Below, piece after piece: positions 47,520 through 56,260 of a stretch of 64,000 nt of DNA; position 1 is the first letter of the stretch; every line of letters begins with the position of its first letter. The notes under the pieces are model-generated. The model worked only from the letters and a program-made list of their open reading frames with translations. It was not told where the DNA came from and made no database searches. The stretch spans positions 5,622 to 69,621 of the IMG/VR virus record IMGVR_UViG_3300025936_000023. One strand, given 5' to 3'. The stretch is from a virus (lineage: Duplodnaviria > Caudoviricetes). The position numbers and the translations under genes are program-made.

Positions 47520-47942
47520 CTATCGGCTGCTGGCGCGCTTTGATCCTCCGGCGAGATACGACTTGGCTGCTTGCATACCTTCGTTACGCCGCTTTTCCGC
47601 CAACGCCGCTCTCGCCTTCTTCACCGTCTTACGCCTCATTGCCGCCTGGTCGTCTGCCGTCGGTACTCGCCCGCGCCGCTTGCCGATCTCGGCGACGGCC
47701 GCACGCAGCTCGCCGTTGTCGCGGTAGACGACTGCCGCCAGCTCGTCCAGGCTCATGCCGGCGGCCACGGCGATCTTGACGGCGGTGTCGAACCGCGGGT
47801 GGTGGCCCTTGCGGAGCACGCGGTTGACGTGCGAGTAGCTGACGCCTGCGATCTTGGCGATGCGGTATTCGGACAGAGGTTGAGAGCGCGAGGACGAAGA
47901 CGACGAGGCAAGCGCGGCGGTGGCAGCGGCTGGTTCACTCAT
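47520..47942 (-). CDS. XRE/Cro-CI family HTH regulator
   Basis: LSEYRIAKIAGVSYSHVNRVLRKGHHPRFDTAVKIAVAAGMSLDEL. Confidence 0.88.
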   Translation of the reverse strand: MSEPAAATAALASSSSSSRSQPLSEYRIAKIAGVSYSHVNRVLRKGHHPRFDTAVKIAVAAGMSLDELAAVVYRDNGELRAAVAEIGKRRGRVPTADDQAAMRRKTVKKARAALAEKRRNEGMQAAKSYLAGGSKRASSR

Positions 47943-47950
47943 AGCCGACC

Positions 47951-47979
47951 ACTATACGCCAGCAACCGTCGTCTGTCAA
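47951..47979 (-). promoter_or_regulatory. Sigma70-type promoter, leaderless geometry
   Basis: TTGACA (47979-47974), 17 nt, TATAGT (47956-47951), 8 nt, ATG. Confidence 0.8.
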
Positions 47980-48224
47980 ACACGCTCCGCCCGACAAGCA
48001 GCCTCGCAGGCAGCTACGATCTCGCCGACGGTGGCGTAGCCGGTTGTCGTTTCGAGGTTGATGTCAAGTTCATCTTCGAGGATGCCGATAAGCTCCATGA
48101 CGTCCAGCTCGTCAGCGCCGAGCCCGGTAAGCAGTGCATGCGGCACTACCTCGTTTTCGTCCACGTCGAGGACGTCGGCGATGATGGCGTTGACGCGGCC
48201 GGCAACTGAGATCGAAGTCTCCAT
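47976..48224 (-). CDS. Acyl carrier protein-like protein lacking the phosphopantetheine serine
   Basis: RVNAIIADVLDVDENEV...LGADELDVMELIGILEDELDI...TVGEIV; canonical GADSLD has E in place of S. Confidence 0.85.
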   Translation of the reverse strand: METSISVAGRVNAIIADVLDVDENEVVPHALLTGLGADELDVMELIGILEDELDINLETTTGYATVGEIVAACEAACRAERV

Positions 48225-48254
48225 GTTGTCGCTCCTTTATCGTAGCAGTCGTCG

Positions 48255-49238
48255 TCACCAGTCCATGATGCCAGCAATCGCCTCACCCGCCGCCTTCCCT
48301 AGGCGCTTCTTGGCGCCGGTCACGCGGTCGGTCGTCGTCAGCGCTGCCCACTCCTCGGCCGTCGCGGTTGCCATCTGCTTGATCGTCCATTGCCGCGCCG
48401 CCGCGAGTGCCCTTTCGTAACCCAGTGCCGGCCACGCCATCGCCGTTCGCGCCCGCATCTTCGTCCGCTCGTCGAGTATCGGCATGAGCGTCGACCGCCC
48501 GCTTGCCTTCACCTCCGCCGACTCTCGCGCTCTCGTAATCGTCCGCGACTGGTCGAAGCCGCGCAAGCTCTTGTGCTTTCCCCACGGCTTGGTTCGCCAC
48601 CGCACCAGCTCAGCCAGCCACGCCGCGGCCTCGGCCTTAGTCGCGACATGCTTCACGTTCACGCCGATAGCCGTCAGCGCGAGCAGAAAGCCCTCCAAGT
48701 AGCCGTAGGGGACGGCGCGCTTACCCACATAGTGATTCCGCCACTGCCCGCCGTACCACAGCTGCAACTGGTTGCCCACCGGCGAGGCCCTGTACACCCC
48801 ATAGTAGAGCAACCACACTTCGTTGTACTCATCCAGCATCCGCGGCAGCTGCGTCCCTTGCAAGCGGTTGTTGTCGGTCGAGGTGATTAGCTCATTCAGC
48901 TCTTTCAGCTCCACTCCCACCGTCACCAGCCCAGTCGGCCCGTTGCCCACAAAGCAGACGTCACCGCTGTTGAGCTTGGCGTGCTCGCCGCACTCGTCGA
49001 AAGGCGGGTAGTGAATGAGGTCGCGGCTGCCGACGCTCGTGTCGATGAGGACGATGGAGTCGGCTAGGCCGGTGACGGCGCGGCGGCGGGCACGACGCTT
49101 AGAGGGCTTAGACGGAGAGCCGCCGCTGCCGCGCTCGCCGCGGTCGCCCCCCTTGCCCACTGGCGGCAGCACGCCGCGCTTAGACGATGGCCGGCTGATC
49201 TTAGTGGTTGACGGCCTCGTCGCCCGCGCCACCTTCAC
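48255..49238 (-). CDS. ERCC4/XPF-like nuclease with basic N-terminal extension
   Basis: VLIDTSVG, LNSGDV, VGVELKELNEL.TS...RL...QL.RM...Y...WLL..G. Confidence 0.7.
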   Translation of the reverse strand: MKVARATRPSTTKISRPSSKRGVLPPVGKGGDRGERGSGGSPSKPSKRRARRRAVTGLADSIVLIDTSVGSRDLIHYPPFDECGEHAKLNSGDVCFVGNGPTGLVTVGVELKELNELITSTDNNRLQGTQLPRMLDEYNEVWLLYYGVYRASPVGNQLQLWYGGQWRNHYVGKRAVPYGYLEGFLLALTAIGVNVKHVATKAEAAAWLAELVRWRTKPWGKHKSLRGFDQSRTITRARESAEVKASGRSTLMPILDERTKMRARTAMAWPALGYERALAAARQWTIKQMATATAEEWAALTTTDRVTGAKKRLGKAAGEAIAGIMDW

Positions 49239-49693
49239 GACACGACGGTCCCTGTCTTGATGCGGTCTTCGCTCAACCTCGTCGTCATCTGCTCGGCCGT
49301 CTCTGGTTGCAGGTGGAGGTTGTGAACCATCGCGAAGTAGAGATGCTGCGCTTGCGCCGCGATCACGATGGATGGGTGGCGATAGCCGATCACTTCGAGC
49401 GCGTGCATCGCGTGCGCGTACCAGTGCTGCGGCAGATGACCGAACTCACTCGGCTTGAACGGGCTTGGCGGCTGTGTCTGGAAGAAGGCGCCCGGTATGT
49501 CAACTTCGCGTGGATCGGCCGGATTCATGAAGGCGTTGCGGATGAACGCGGTCAGTCGTCGCCCTGGCGATTCGGCCACACCACGGGCCGTCCACAGCTT
49601 AGGTTCGTCGTCGCAGCCGCGCACCGACGTCAGCAGCGTGCCCTGCTCACGCAGAGGCAACTCCATCACCCAGTCTTGTAGAACGCTTCTCAT
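49235..49693 (-). CDS. Hypothetical phage protein
   Basis: SVLQDWVMELPLREQGTLLTSVRGCD; HLPQHWYAHAMHALEVIGYRHP. Confidence 0.7.
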   Translation of the reverse strand: MRSVLQDWVMELPLREQGTLLTSVRGCDDEPKLWTARGVAESPGRRLTAFIRNAFMNPADPREVDIPGAFFQTQPPSPFKPSEFGHLPQHWYAHAMHALEVIGYRHPSIVIAAQAQHLYFAMVHNLHLQPETAEQMTTRLSEDRIKTGTVVS

Positions 49694-49704
49694 GTCGTTA
49701 CCTC

Positions 49705-50559
49705 TCACCACTTCCAGTCTTTCCGCTCGCTGGTGTCGATGAACTGCATCCACGACGCAAACCCGAACGGTCCCATGTCGCCCCACGCCTCTTCGTCGTA
49801 GACCTCGCCAAGTTCATCAATGTTGACGCCCGCCTTGGTGATCTCCAGCTCGAACTCTTTCTTCGCCCGCCCCTTCGACCGGCGCTTCAGCCTGATGTTG
49901 CCGCACCAGTCGGCGGCGTCGCTGATGACGTCCGGCCCTCGCGGCTTGAACGTGCCGGTGGGCTCATTCGCAATCCATATCTCTTGTGCTCTCGCCAGCA
50001 TGACGAAATGGGCGTTGCCTTCGCGGGCGAGGTTATACAACCGCCAGAACTCGCGATTGATGAGGTCTTTCGACTTGCCGTAGTCGCCCTTGACGCGGTC
50101 GGCGCGGCCAGTCACGGCGAAGTTGACGATCTCGGCGTACTCGGTGCCGGTGTCCATTCCTATCGTCTTGATGTTGCCGCGAAGCGACTGATTCACCGCC
50201 CACTCGAAGTTCTTGATGATCTGGTTGAGCGCGGTCTGGCCGACCTTGCGGAGGGCTGTGTCGTCGAGCTTGGTCGGGTTGACGGGAGTGTCAACCTTGA
50301 GAAATGCGATGGTGCGCCCTTTCTTCTTGGCCTTGTCGACGGCGCGCTCGCCGCGACGGTCGAGACTGATGAAAGCGATAGGCTCGGGGCAGTATTCGGT
50401 GACGGTCGTGGTCTTGCCCTGGCCGTTGACGCCGAAGATGACGGCGTTGGTTTGCAGTCGCGGCTCTTCGATGAACACGAAATCGCTGCCAGCGAGGGAC
50501 AGCTTGCCGTTGCTGGGTGCCTGCTTGTTGGTTGTCGGGTGCTTGCCTTTGATTGCCAT
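49705..50559 (-). CDS. AAA family P-loop ATPase (AAA_24/Sak4-like)
   Basis: IFGVNGQGKT Walker A, IGMDTGT Walker B, FVMLARA. Confidence 0.8.
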   Translation of the reverse strand: MAIKGKHPTTNKQAPSNGKLSLAGSDFVFIEEPRLQTNAVIFGVNGQGKTTTVTEYCPEPIAFISLDRRGERAVDKAKKKGRTIAFLKVDTPVNPTKLDDTALRKVGQTALNQIIKNFEWAVNQSLRGNIKTIGMDTGTEYAEIVNFAVTGRADRVKGDYGKSKDLINREFWRLYNLAREGNAHFVMLARAQEIWIANEPTGTFKPRGPDVISDAADWCGNIRLKRRSKGRAKKEFELEITKAGVNIDELGEVYDEEAWGDMGPFGFASWMQFIDTSERKDWKW

Positions 50560-51342
50560 CTAGTCTCCTTCAATCCGGTGAACCGCGCCGTCGTACCAAT
50601 ACCCTATGTCGCCCACGCGCTCTACCTCGACTGCCCCGACCCTTAGCCTGCTCTCAGCCACCATCGCCAAGTCGACATCCCCGCCGACCCATCGCCTATC
50701 CAGCATCTCTGCCGCCACCAGCGAGCCGCCCGCGCCGCAAAACGGGTCGACCACGTAGTCGTTGCTTTCCGTGAACATAGACACTAGGTAGACGAATAGC
50801 TGCACGGGCAACTGCGACGGCGATACGCGGTCTATATCAGGCACCTGCTCGCACACGAGAACATTGCTCATCGCCTGCCGCGCCGACTGCGGGTTGAACG
50901 CCGCTCGCCATCCCGGCTTGACGTAACGGCGGATGCCCATGCTCAACGACGGCAGGTTGGCCACCGCGTGTGGGCGGCGGCTGAACGGCCTGTCCCAGAC
51001 GACGGTGAGATCGCCCAGGTACGACAAGCCTGCCCAGCCGGCCGCGACTTCCCAGGCGCCTAGAGCGCGGGCATCGCCCATCGCGACGGCCACCCCGCCG
51101 GCTCGCAGCACGCGCGACGCCTCCTTGGCGACCGGATGGAACGCCGCGATTTGCTCGTCCGTTGTCGTCGTGGACGGGTCGGTGGTGTAGGTGAGCGAGA
51201 AGCCGGCGGGCGGATGGACGACCACCATGCCGACGGTGCCGGTGTCGAGTGAGGAGAGAAGGTCGGTGGCGGGCAAGCGGTAGATCCAGTCGTAGTGAAC
51301 GAGCGAGCGGTGGTGGCAGAGCGGGACGCCCACTAGCGACAT
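50560..51342 (-). CDS. DNA N4/N6 methyltransferase-like protein (beta class), catalytic motif altered
   Basis: SRVLRAGG, VVDPFCGAGGSLVAAEMLDRRWVGGD; motif IV reads HPPA rather than DPPY/SPPY. Confidence 0.8.
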   Translation of the reverse strand: MSLVGVPLCHHRSLVHYDWIYRLPATDLLSSLDTGTVGMVVVHPPAGFSLTYTTDPSTTTTDEQIAAFHPVAKEASRVLRAGGVAVAMGDARALGAWEVAAGWAGLSYLGDLTVVWDRPFSRRPHAVANLPSLSMGIRRYVKPGWRAAFNPQSARQAMSNVLVCEQVPDIDRVSPSQLPVQLFVYLVSMFTESNDYVVDPFCGAGGSLVAAEMLDRRWVGGDVDLAMVAESRLRVGAVEVERVGDIGYWYDGAVHRIEGD

Positions 51343-51448
51343 GCCTCCCGCCGCCGACGCCACTTGGTGAACAGAGGGCCGAGAACGAACCAGCCTAAGC
51401 ACCCGCCGGCAATCGCTCCACCGACAACCCAAAGCACTGTCTCGGTCG

Positions 51449-52003
51449 TCATCGTTGCTTCCTCGCCTTCTGCTTCATCAGCGTGCTCCAGTTAGCCGCC
51501 AGCTCGTTTTCGCTGAACAGGTATTCCCACACTCGGTATACAGGATCGCCGACCACCACCTTCTCATAGAAGCCATTCAAGAACACGACATGCAACCGTC
51601 CCCTCTTCCACTTCACCATGTGCAAGTACGCCTTGATCTGCATCTCGTACTTGAAGAACTTCTTACTGCCAGGGCCGTTATTCGCCGACATCCACGTGCA
51701 TTTGATCTCGTCGTCGATCTCGGCATGCGGCTCGAACAGGTCCGGCGTGCCTATCGAGTCGTCGAGCATCAGTTCGCCGGGGCGTAGGTACTTGTCGGGC
51801 TTGTCGAGTGCCAGCCGCTCAACGATGGCGTGTTCGAGCGCGTTGCCCAGCTCGAAGCGCGCCTGGTTCTCTTCGATGTTCTTCTTGTAGTGCCCGAGTT
51901 CGATACAGATTTCGTCGATAAGCGTCGAGATGTGGACGCCGGGAGTGCGCACCATTGGCAGCAGGTTAGGCGCGACATCGGCGATGAGCTTGACGGTTGG
52001 CAT
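51449..52003 (-). CDS. PD-(D/E)XK exonuclease-like protein
   Basis: GNALE, GTPDL...EIKCT...MQIKAY. Confidence 0.75.
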   Translation of the reverse strand: MPTVKLIADVAPNLLPMVRTPGVHISTLIDEICIELGHYKKNIEENQARFELGNALEHAIVERLALDKPDKYLRPGELMLDDSIGTPDLFEPHAEIDDEIKCTWMSANNGPGSKKFFKYEMQIKAYLHMVKWKRGRLHVVFLNGFYEKVVVGDPVYRVWEYLFSENELAANWSTLMKQKARKQR

Positions 52004-52006
52004 CCG

Positions 52007-52258
52007 CTATCGCCGCTTGTAGCCGCTGCCCCAGCGTTCCCAGCCGGCGTCTTCTTCCAGCAGCGACTCGACGGCGTCCTTGAGATCGCCGCGGAGGTCG
52101 ACGTTCTCGTACAGCCACTGCAAGTAGCCGCGGTCGAGGTCGACGATAAGCTCGCCCTTGTGCTTGCCAAACGGCATGACGAGGTCGCCGATGCAGCGAG
52201 CCGAAGTTAACTTGGCCGGCGCCGCTGTCGGTCTGCTGAATGCTTTCGTCTTAGCCAA
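52007..52258 (-). CDS. DUF3820/QSregVF_b-like small protein
   Basis: MPFGKHKGELIVDLDRGYLQWL; TTG after GGAGG. Confidence 0.75.
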   Translation of the reverse strand: MAKTKAFSRPTAAPAKLTSARCIGDLVMPFGKHKGELIVDLDRGYLQWLYENVDLRGDLKDAVESLLEEDAGWERWGSGYKRR

Positions 52259-52754
52259 CCGCCACCTCCAGTTGCCCACTACCACTACCGTTGACACTGG
52301 CTGTCGGCATCTTCGTGAACCGCCCTCGCTCGTCTCTCGCGCACCAGCTCTCGGCCATGTCGCCGGGGATGTAGTTGCAGCGGCGGTTGACGTGGAACCG
52401 GCCGTGATCGATGTCTTCGAGGACTTCGAGATCCCAAGCGTTCACGGTGTCCTTGGCGGCGTCGTCTTTATGGTGAACGTGCTCGAACGGCTTTAGTGCG
52501 CGCCCGAGCCGTCTCTGCATCAAGTACCTGTGTAGCCGCTGCCAACCGTATCTGTTGGCGTAGGGGTGCCCGACGCACAGCTGCACCCACCGATAGCCCT
52601 TCTCGTCGACGTCCGACAGCCGGAACAGCCCGGCGTTGCTGTAACGCTCCACGAGCAGCACGGTCTCGACAACAACGAGGTCGATTCCGTTTCGCCAGCC
52701 TCGCGGCAGTTGCCCACCCTTGCGGTGGCGCCCGATCACGCGACGCCTAGGCAA
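52251..52754 (-). CDS. HNH endonuclease-like protein, possibly degenerate
   Basis: GYRWV...LHRYLMQRRLGRAL..FEHVHHKD; the usual DN..NL is DTVNAWDL. Confidence 0.7.
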   Translation of the reverse strand: MPRRRVIGRHRKGGQLPRGWRNGIDLVVVETVLLVERYSNAGLFRLSDVDEKGYRWVQLCVGHPYANRYGWQRLHRYLMQRRLGRALKPFEHVHHKDDAAKDTVNAWDLEVLEDIDHGRFHVNRRCNYIPGDMAESWCARDERGRFTKMPTASVNGSGSGQLEVAVG

Positions 52755-53430
52755 TGAGCCGCTGCCCCAGTGTCGATTGCGATTTCATTCGTCTCCATGC
52801 AAACCACACCACGCTCGCCAGCTGATGCCCCAGCAGGCCCTCGGCCGCCGCCATCTCCATGTACGTGCGCTCGATGCGCAAGTAGTCGGTCGCGAGCAGC
52901 GACGTGATGCCGTGGTCGCTCAGCACTTCGCCGGCAGCGGCGCAGGCCAAGTGGCGGTCAACGGCGATGCAGCAACCGGCGTCGGGAGCGGCCGTGCAGA
53001 GGTAGAACGAGCGGACCTTGCGACCTTTGAGAACGTGTTCAGGGTGGTCGCCGAGGCCAATGCGGACCGCTTTCTCGCGGTTCGGCTGCGTCGTGCGGAC
53101 GACAGGCCATGTGCTCGTGTCGTCGAGTCGGCACAGGCCACGCGACGTCCACTGAGCGACGTGGAAGGCGTCGGTGACGTTGTCGTGCCAGTTGTTCATC
53201 GGCGATAAAGCGGCGAGCAGGCCGGCGCCGTGAGCGATGCTGCGCAGGCCATAGGCGGCAGCGAGTACTCGCGCGACGCCGTGGAACTCCCAGTAGAAGG
53301 CGAGCCCGTCGCGGATTTCGTCCGCAGTGGCGAGCGCGAGGACGCGGCGGATGTTGGTGATGTAGTTCAATGGTGAAAGAGGCGACCGGGGCAGCAGCAG
53401 CGTGAGCCGTCTACTGCCCCGGTCGTCCAC
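52747..53430 (-). CDS. Phage protein with HhH-GPD glycosylase-like features
   Basis: G..FY, AALSPMNNW..N, GRKVRSFY, IAVDRH, QLASVVWFAWR; start uncertain. Confidence 0.6.
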   Translation of the reverse strand: MDDRGSRRLTLLLPRSPLSPLNYITNIRRVLALATADEIRDGLAFYWEFHGVARVLAAAYGLRSIAHGAGLLAALSPMNNWHDNVTDAFHVAQWTSRGLCRLDDTSTWPVVRTTQPNREKAVRIGLGDHPEHVLKGRKVRSFYLCTAAPDAGCCIAVDRHLACAAAGEVLSDHGITSLLATDYLRIERTYMEMAAAEGLLGHQLASVVWFAWRRMKSQSTLGQRLIA

Positions 53431-53441
53431 TCCGTCGTCGC

Positions 53442-54434
53442 CTACAGCAGCGTGACGACTCCCTCTTCGCTGTCCAGCTCGAACAGCTCGCTCTCAGCGT
53501 AGAACTCCTCGCTCTTGACCAGCTCCATCGCCTCCTTCTTCTGGCCCGGCGCCAGACCCTCGGCCCGGATGGCGACCTTATAGAGCGCTTCCTGGCTGAG
53601 CTGGTTGTCGTCGGCGGCGTTGAGCGCCTTGACGATGGCGGCGCTCACGATCTCGGCGACGTCGCCGCCGCCGTTGGTGGCCGCCTTCTTGCCGGCCTTA
53701 CCAGTGCTCGCAGCCTTGCCCTTGGCGGCCGATGCCGGCGCCGTCTTCCCCTTGGCCGCCGCTTTCCCCTTCCCCTTGGCCTTCTCCTCCTCGCGGATCT
53801 CGGTCACGGCCAGGTACATGTTCTTCTTCTCGCTGCCGTCCTCGTTCGTCCGCGCCGCCATGCCCGGTCGCGGCCGCTGCGGCACCCGGTCCCACCGCGC
53901 GTGCAGCCCTTCCAGCTCGCTCAGGTCGGCCATGTTCTCCAAGTCGTCGGCATCGTAGCCGGCGTCGATCAGCTTGACCAGGAACTCGTTCCAGACCGTG
54001 CTGTTGTTGAGCTGCGGGCCGGCGTCTTCGGCTTCCGCCCGCTCCTTCTTCGGCAGCGACTGGATCGACTTGCGGAACTTCTCCCACAGCGACTCGGTCG
54101 CGGCGATGAACGTAGCGCCGTCCTCGTCGCTCTCCCAGTCGTCGATGGCCTCCTCGCCGTCGTTGGAGGGCAGGAACTCGGTCGGCTTGGCAACACTGTA
54201 GTAGGCGACGACGCAGCCGTCGTTCTTTGCCAACTCCGCGGGTGGAAGTACGGCGTCGTCTTCCTGGTCGTCCTCGTCGGGGCGGATCTTGAAGCGCGCC
54301 ACGGTTCTCGGCTGGCTCTTGCCGCCGTAGTCGAACACCAGGTAGCGGGCTTCCTCCAGGGTGCCGACGAAGCCGCTTGCGAGACCGCCGCCGCCGGCTA
54401 CCATTCGTTCCGGATTCAGCGAAACCTTGGGCAT
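53442..54434 (-). CDS. Acidic replication protein, possible ssDNA-binding protein
   Basis: AAGGAG RBS; very acidic with Lys/Ala linker; next to helicase; high codon bias. Confidence 0.55.
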   Translation of the reverse strand: MPKVSLNPERMVAGGGGLASGFVGTLEEARYLVFDYGGKSQPRTVARFKIRPDEDDQEDDAVLPPAELAKNDGCVVAYYSVAKPTEFLPSNDGEEAIDDWESDEDGATFIAATESLWEKFRKSIQSLPKKERAEAEDAGPQLNNSTVWNEFLVKLIDAGYDADDLENMADLSELEGLHARWDRVPQRPRPGMAARTNEDGSEKKNMYLAVTEIREEEKAKGKGKAAAKGKTAPASAAKGKAASTGKAGKKAATNGGGDVAEIVSAAIVKALNAADDNQLSQEALYKVAIRAEGLAPGQKKEAMELVKSEEFYAESELFELDSEEGVVTLL

Positions 54435-54564
54435 GATTGCTCCTTGCCGGATGACCGGCGGTTGTCTGCCGACAGTTGACCGTGTCGCACCTTGCGACTT
54501 AGTTACCGCCGACGAATCTGAAAAAGCGATAAAGGCTGGAACTGTCGCTGTCGCTGCCTAACGT

Positions 54565-56259
54565 CTAAGCCGTCAACTTGAGCGGCGACGGCACCGTCGT
54601 CGACACTCGCCACGCCGCTTTCACCCAAGTCGGCCATGTCGTCTTCCACCGCAGGTAACTGTAATGGTCATCAATCACGATGCACTCGACCATGTCGTCG
54701 GCCGCCCGCATCCCTCGCCCGCACATCTGGATAATCAGTAGCGCCGCGCACTCGAACCTGTAGCTTTCGTCCTGCTTGCAGCGGGCCTTGAACACGGGGT
54801 CTGTGGAGCTGGCGAACGGCACCTTGGGAATGATAATCGTTCTGACCGAATCGTACGGAAAATCCACCCCTTCAACGGCAGCGGGTGTGATGAGGATACA
54901 CGGAGCCGCTGACCGTTTAAACTTCTCTATCGTCTCCCTTGTCGTCCTCGATGTGTGGGTTAGGATGTGCTTAGCCCACGGGAGCTTGCGCTCTACGGCC
55001 CGCCTCTTGATGTCGTCGCCGCGCTCGTAGGAGACAGAATGTATCAAAATCTTTCTGTCCATCCGCGCCCGCACGATCTCGTCGATGCGGTTCATCCAGA
55101 TTCTCTTCTGTCCCTCGTTCGCCCGGCTGTCCATCCTCACCGTCGGCACGTAAGTCACCGGCCGCCGACTCGCCGCAAACGACGACTTCACCTCGTGCCA
55201 GTCATAGCTGCCGTCCGCGATCCCCAGCCGCTTCACCACCGATGGCAGCAAGGTGCCGCTGCTCAGCACCACCTTCTCGATGCCGCGGAACAGATATTCC
55301 TCGGCGTACTGCCAAGCCCATATCGGCGAGAACTTGGCGCCGGTGGGGGTTTCGTAGGCCACCCAGTCGCCGACGTCGCCGGGGACGGCTGCTGGCGTCG
55401 ATGGCTGCTCGCTGCGGCGCCACGCTCTCGCCTTCGCCATCTCGGCCAAGTCGCGTTCGAGGGTCGTCAGCCGCAGCAGCTCCTTGGTGAGCTTGCGGCG
55501 GTCGCCGCCACCGGCTTTCAGTGCTTCTCGACGGCCGACGATCTTGTCGCGGGCGGTAGCTGCGGCCGACTTCGCCCAAATCGACCAGGCGTCTATGCCC
55601 TCGTTAAGCGGAGGAAGCCGCAGACCGAGCAGGCTCCCGACGTCGGCGGCGTTCAGCTCGACGGCGCAGAAGTCGCTCAGGCGATCCGGGCAGTCGTGCG
55701 CCTCATCACAGACCAAGAGGCCAAATTTGCCGATAAGCGTCGGATCGCTGTGCTTGGCGAGCGTTAACCACATCGCGTAGTTGGTCACGACGATCTGGGC
55801 CGACTTCGCTGCTTCTATGGCGTCGTAGTAGCCGCAGCCGCCGCCGTTGCGGTGCCGACAATGAACGCCTACTCGGCACGGCCCCTCGGCGCAACTGCTG
55901 CCTATGTCGCCGAATCCCTCAAGCACTCCGCCACGGTCGAGCGCCACGCAGCGGTAGTTTGCCTGTCCTCGAATGTCGGTGGCACCTAGCGTCTCGGCGT
56001 CGCGCATGTATTGGGTTTGTAGCGCCTTTGTCGATGTCAGCACGAGGGTGCGGACGTTAGAGATGAGACCGATTAGCAAGTTTACGGCGGTCTTGCCCAC
56101 GCCTGGCGGGGCGTCCAGGCAACTCACCCGCTTGGTGCTGGCCGCTATGTCGAGCGCGCGTTCGAGCTGCTGCTTGCGGAAGCTCGGAAAGCGGGCTGGG
56201 TCGAAGCCGAAGTCGGCAGGACTGAGCGCGTTGTCGCGCTTGGCAGCAGATGCCGACAT
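54565..56259 (-). CDS. DinG/XPD-family SF2 helicase with Fe-S cysteines
   Basis: APPGVGKT, LTSTKALQTQY, GQANYRC...C...C...C, VVTNY, CDEAH, LSSGT, EGVDF, PKVPF, IQMCGRGMR. Confidence 0.9.
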   Translation of the reverse strand: MSASAAKRDNALSPADFGFDPARFPSFRKQQLERALDIAASTKRVSCLDAPPGVGKTAVNLLIGLISNVRTLVLTSTKALQTQYMRDAETLGATDIRGQANYRCVALDRGGVLEGFGDIGSSCAEGPCRVGVHCRHRNGGGCGYYDAIEAAKSAQIVVTNYAMWLTLAKHSDPTLIGKFGLLVCDEAHDCPDRLSDFCAVELNAADVGSLLGLRLPPLNEGIDAWSIWAKSAAATARDKIVGRREALKAGGGDRRKLTKELLRLTTLERDLAEMAKARAWRRSEQPSTPAAVPGDVGDWVAYETPTGAKFSPIWAWQYAEEYLFRGIEKVVLSSGTLLPSVVKRLGIADGSYDWHEVKSSFAASRRPVTYVPTVRMDSRANEGQKRIWMNRIDEIVRARMDRKILIHSVSYERGDDIKRRAVERKLPWAKHILTHTSRTTRETIEKFKRSAAPCILITPAAVEGVDFPYDSVRTIIIPKVPFASSTDPVFKARCKQDESYRFECAALLIIQMCGRGMRAADDMVECIVIDDHYSYLRWKTTWPTWVKAAWRVSTTVPSPLKLTA

Positions 56260-56260
56260 C

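Noticed and set aside
51449-56259. Type IV CRISPR-like module (DinG plus Cas4-like nuclease)
   Set aside because: No array or Csf/Cas7-like genes; the nuclease lacks Cas4 Fe-S cysteines; context is phage replication
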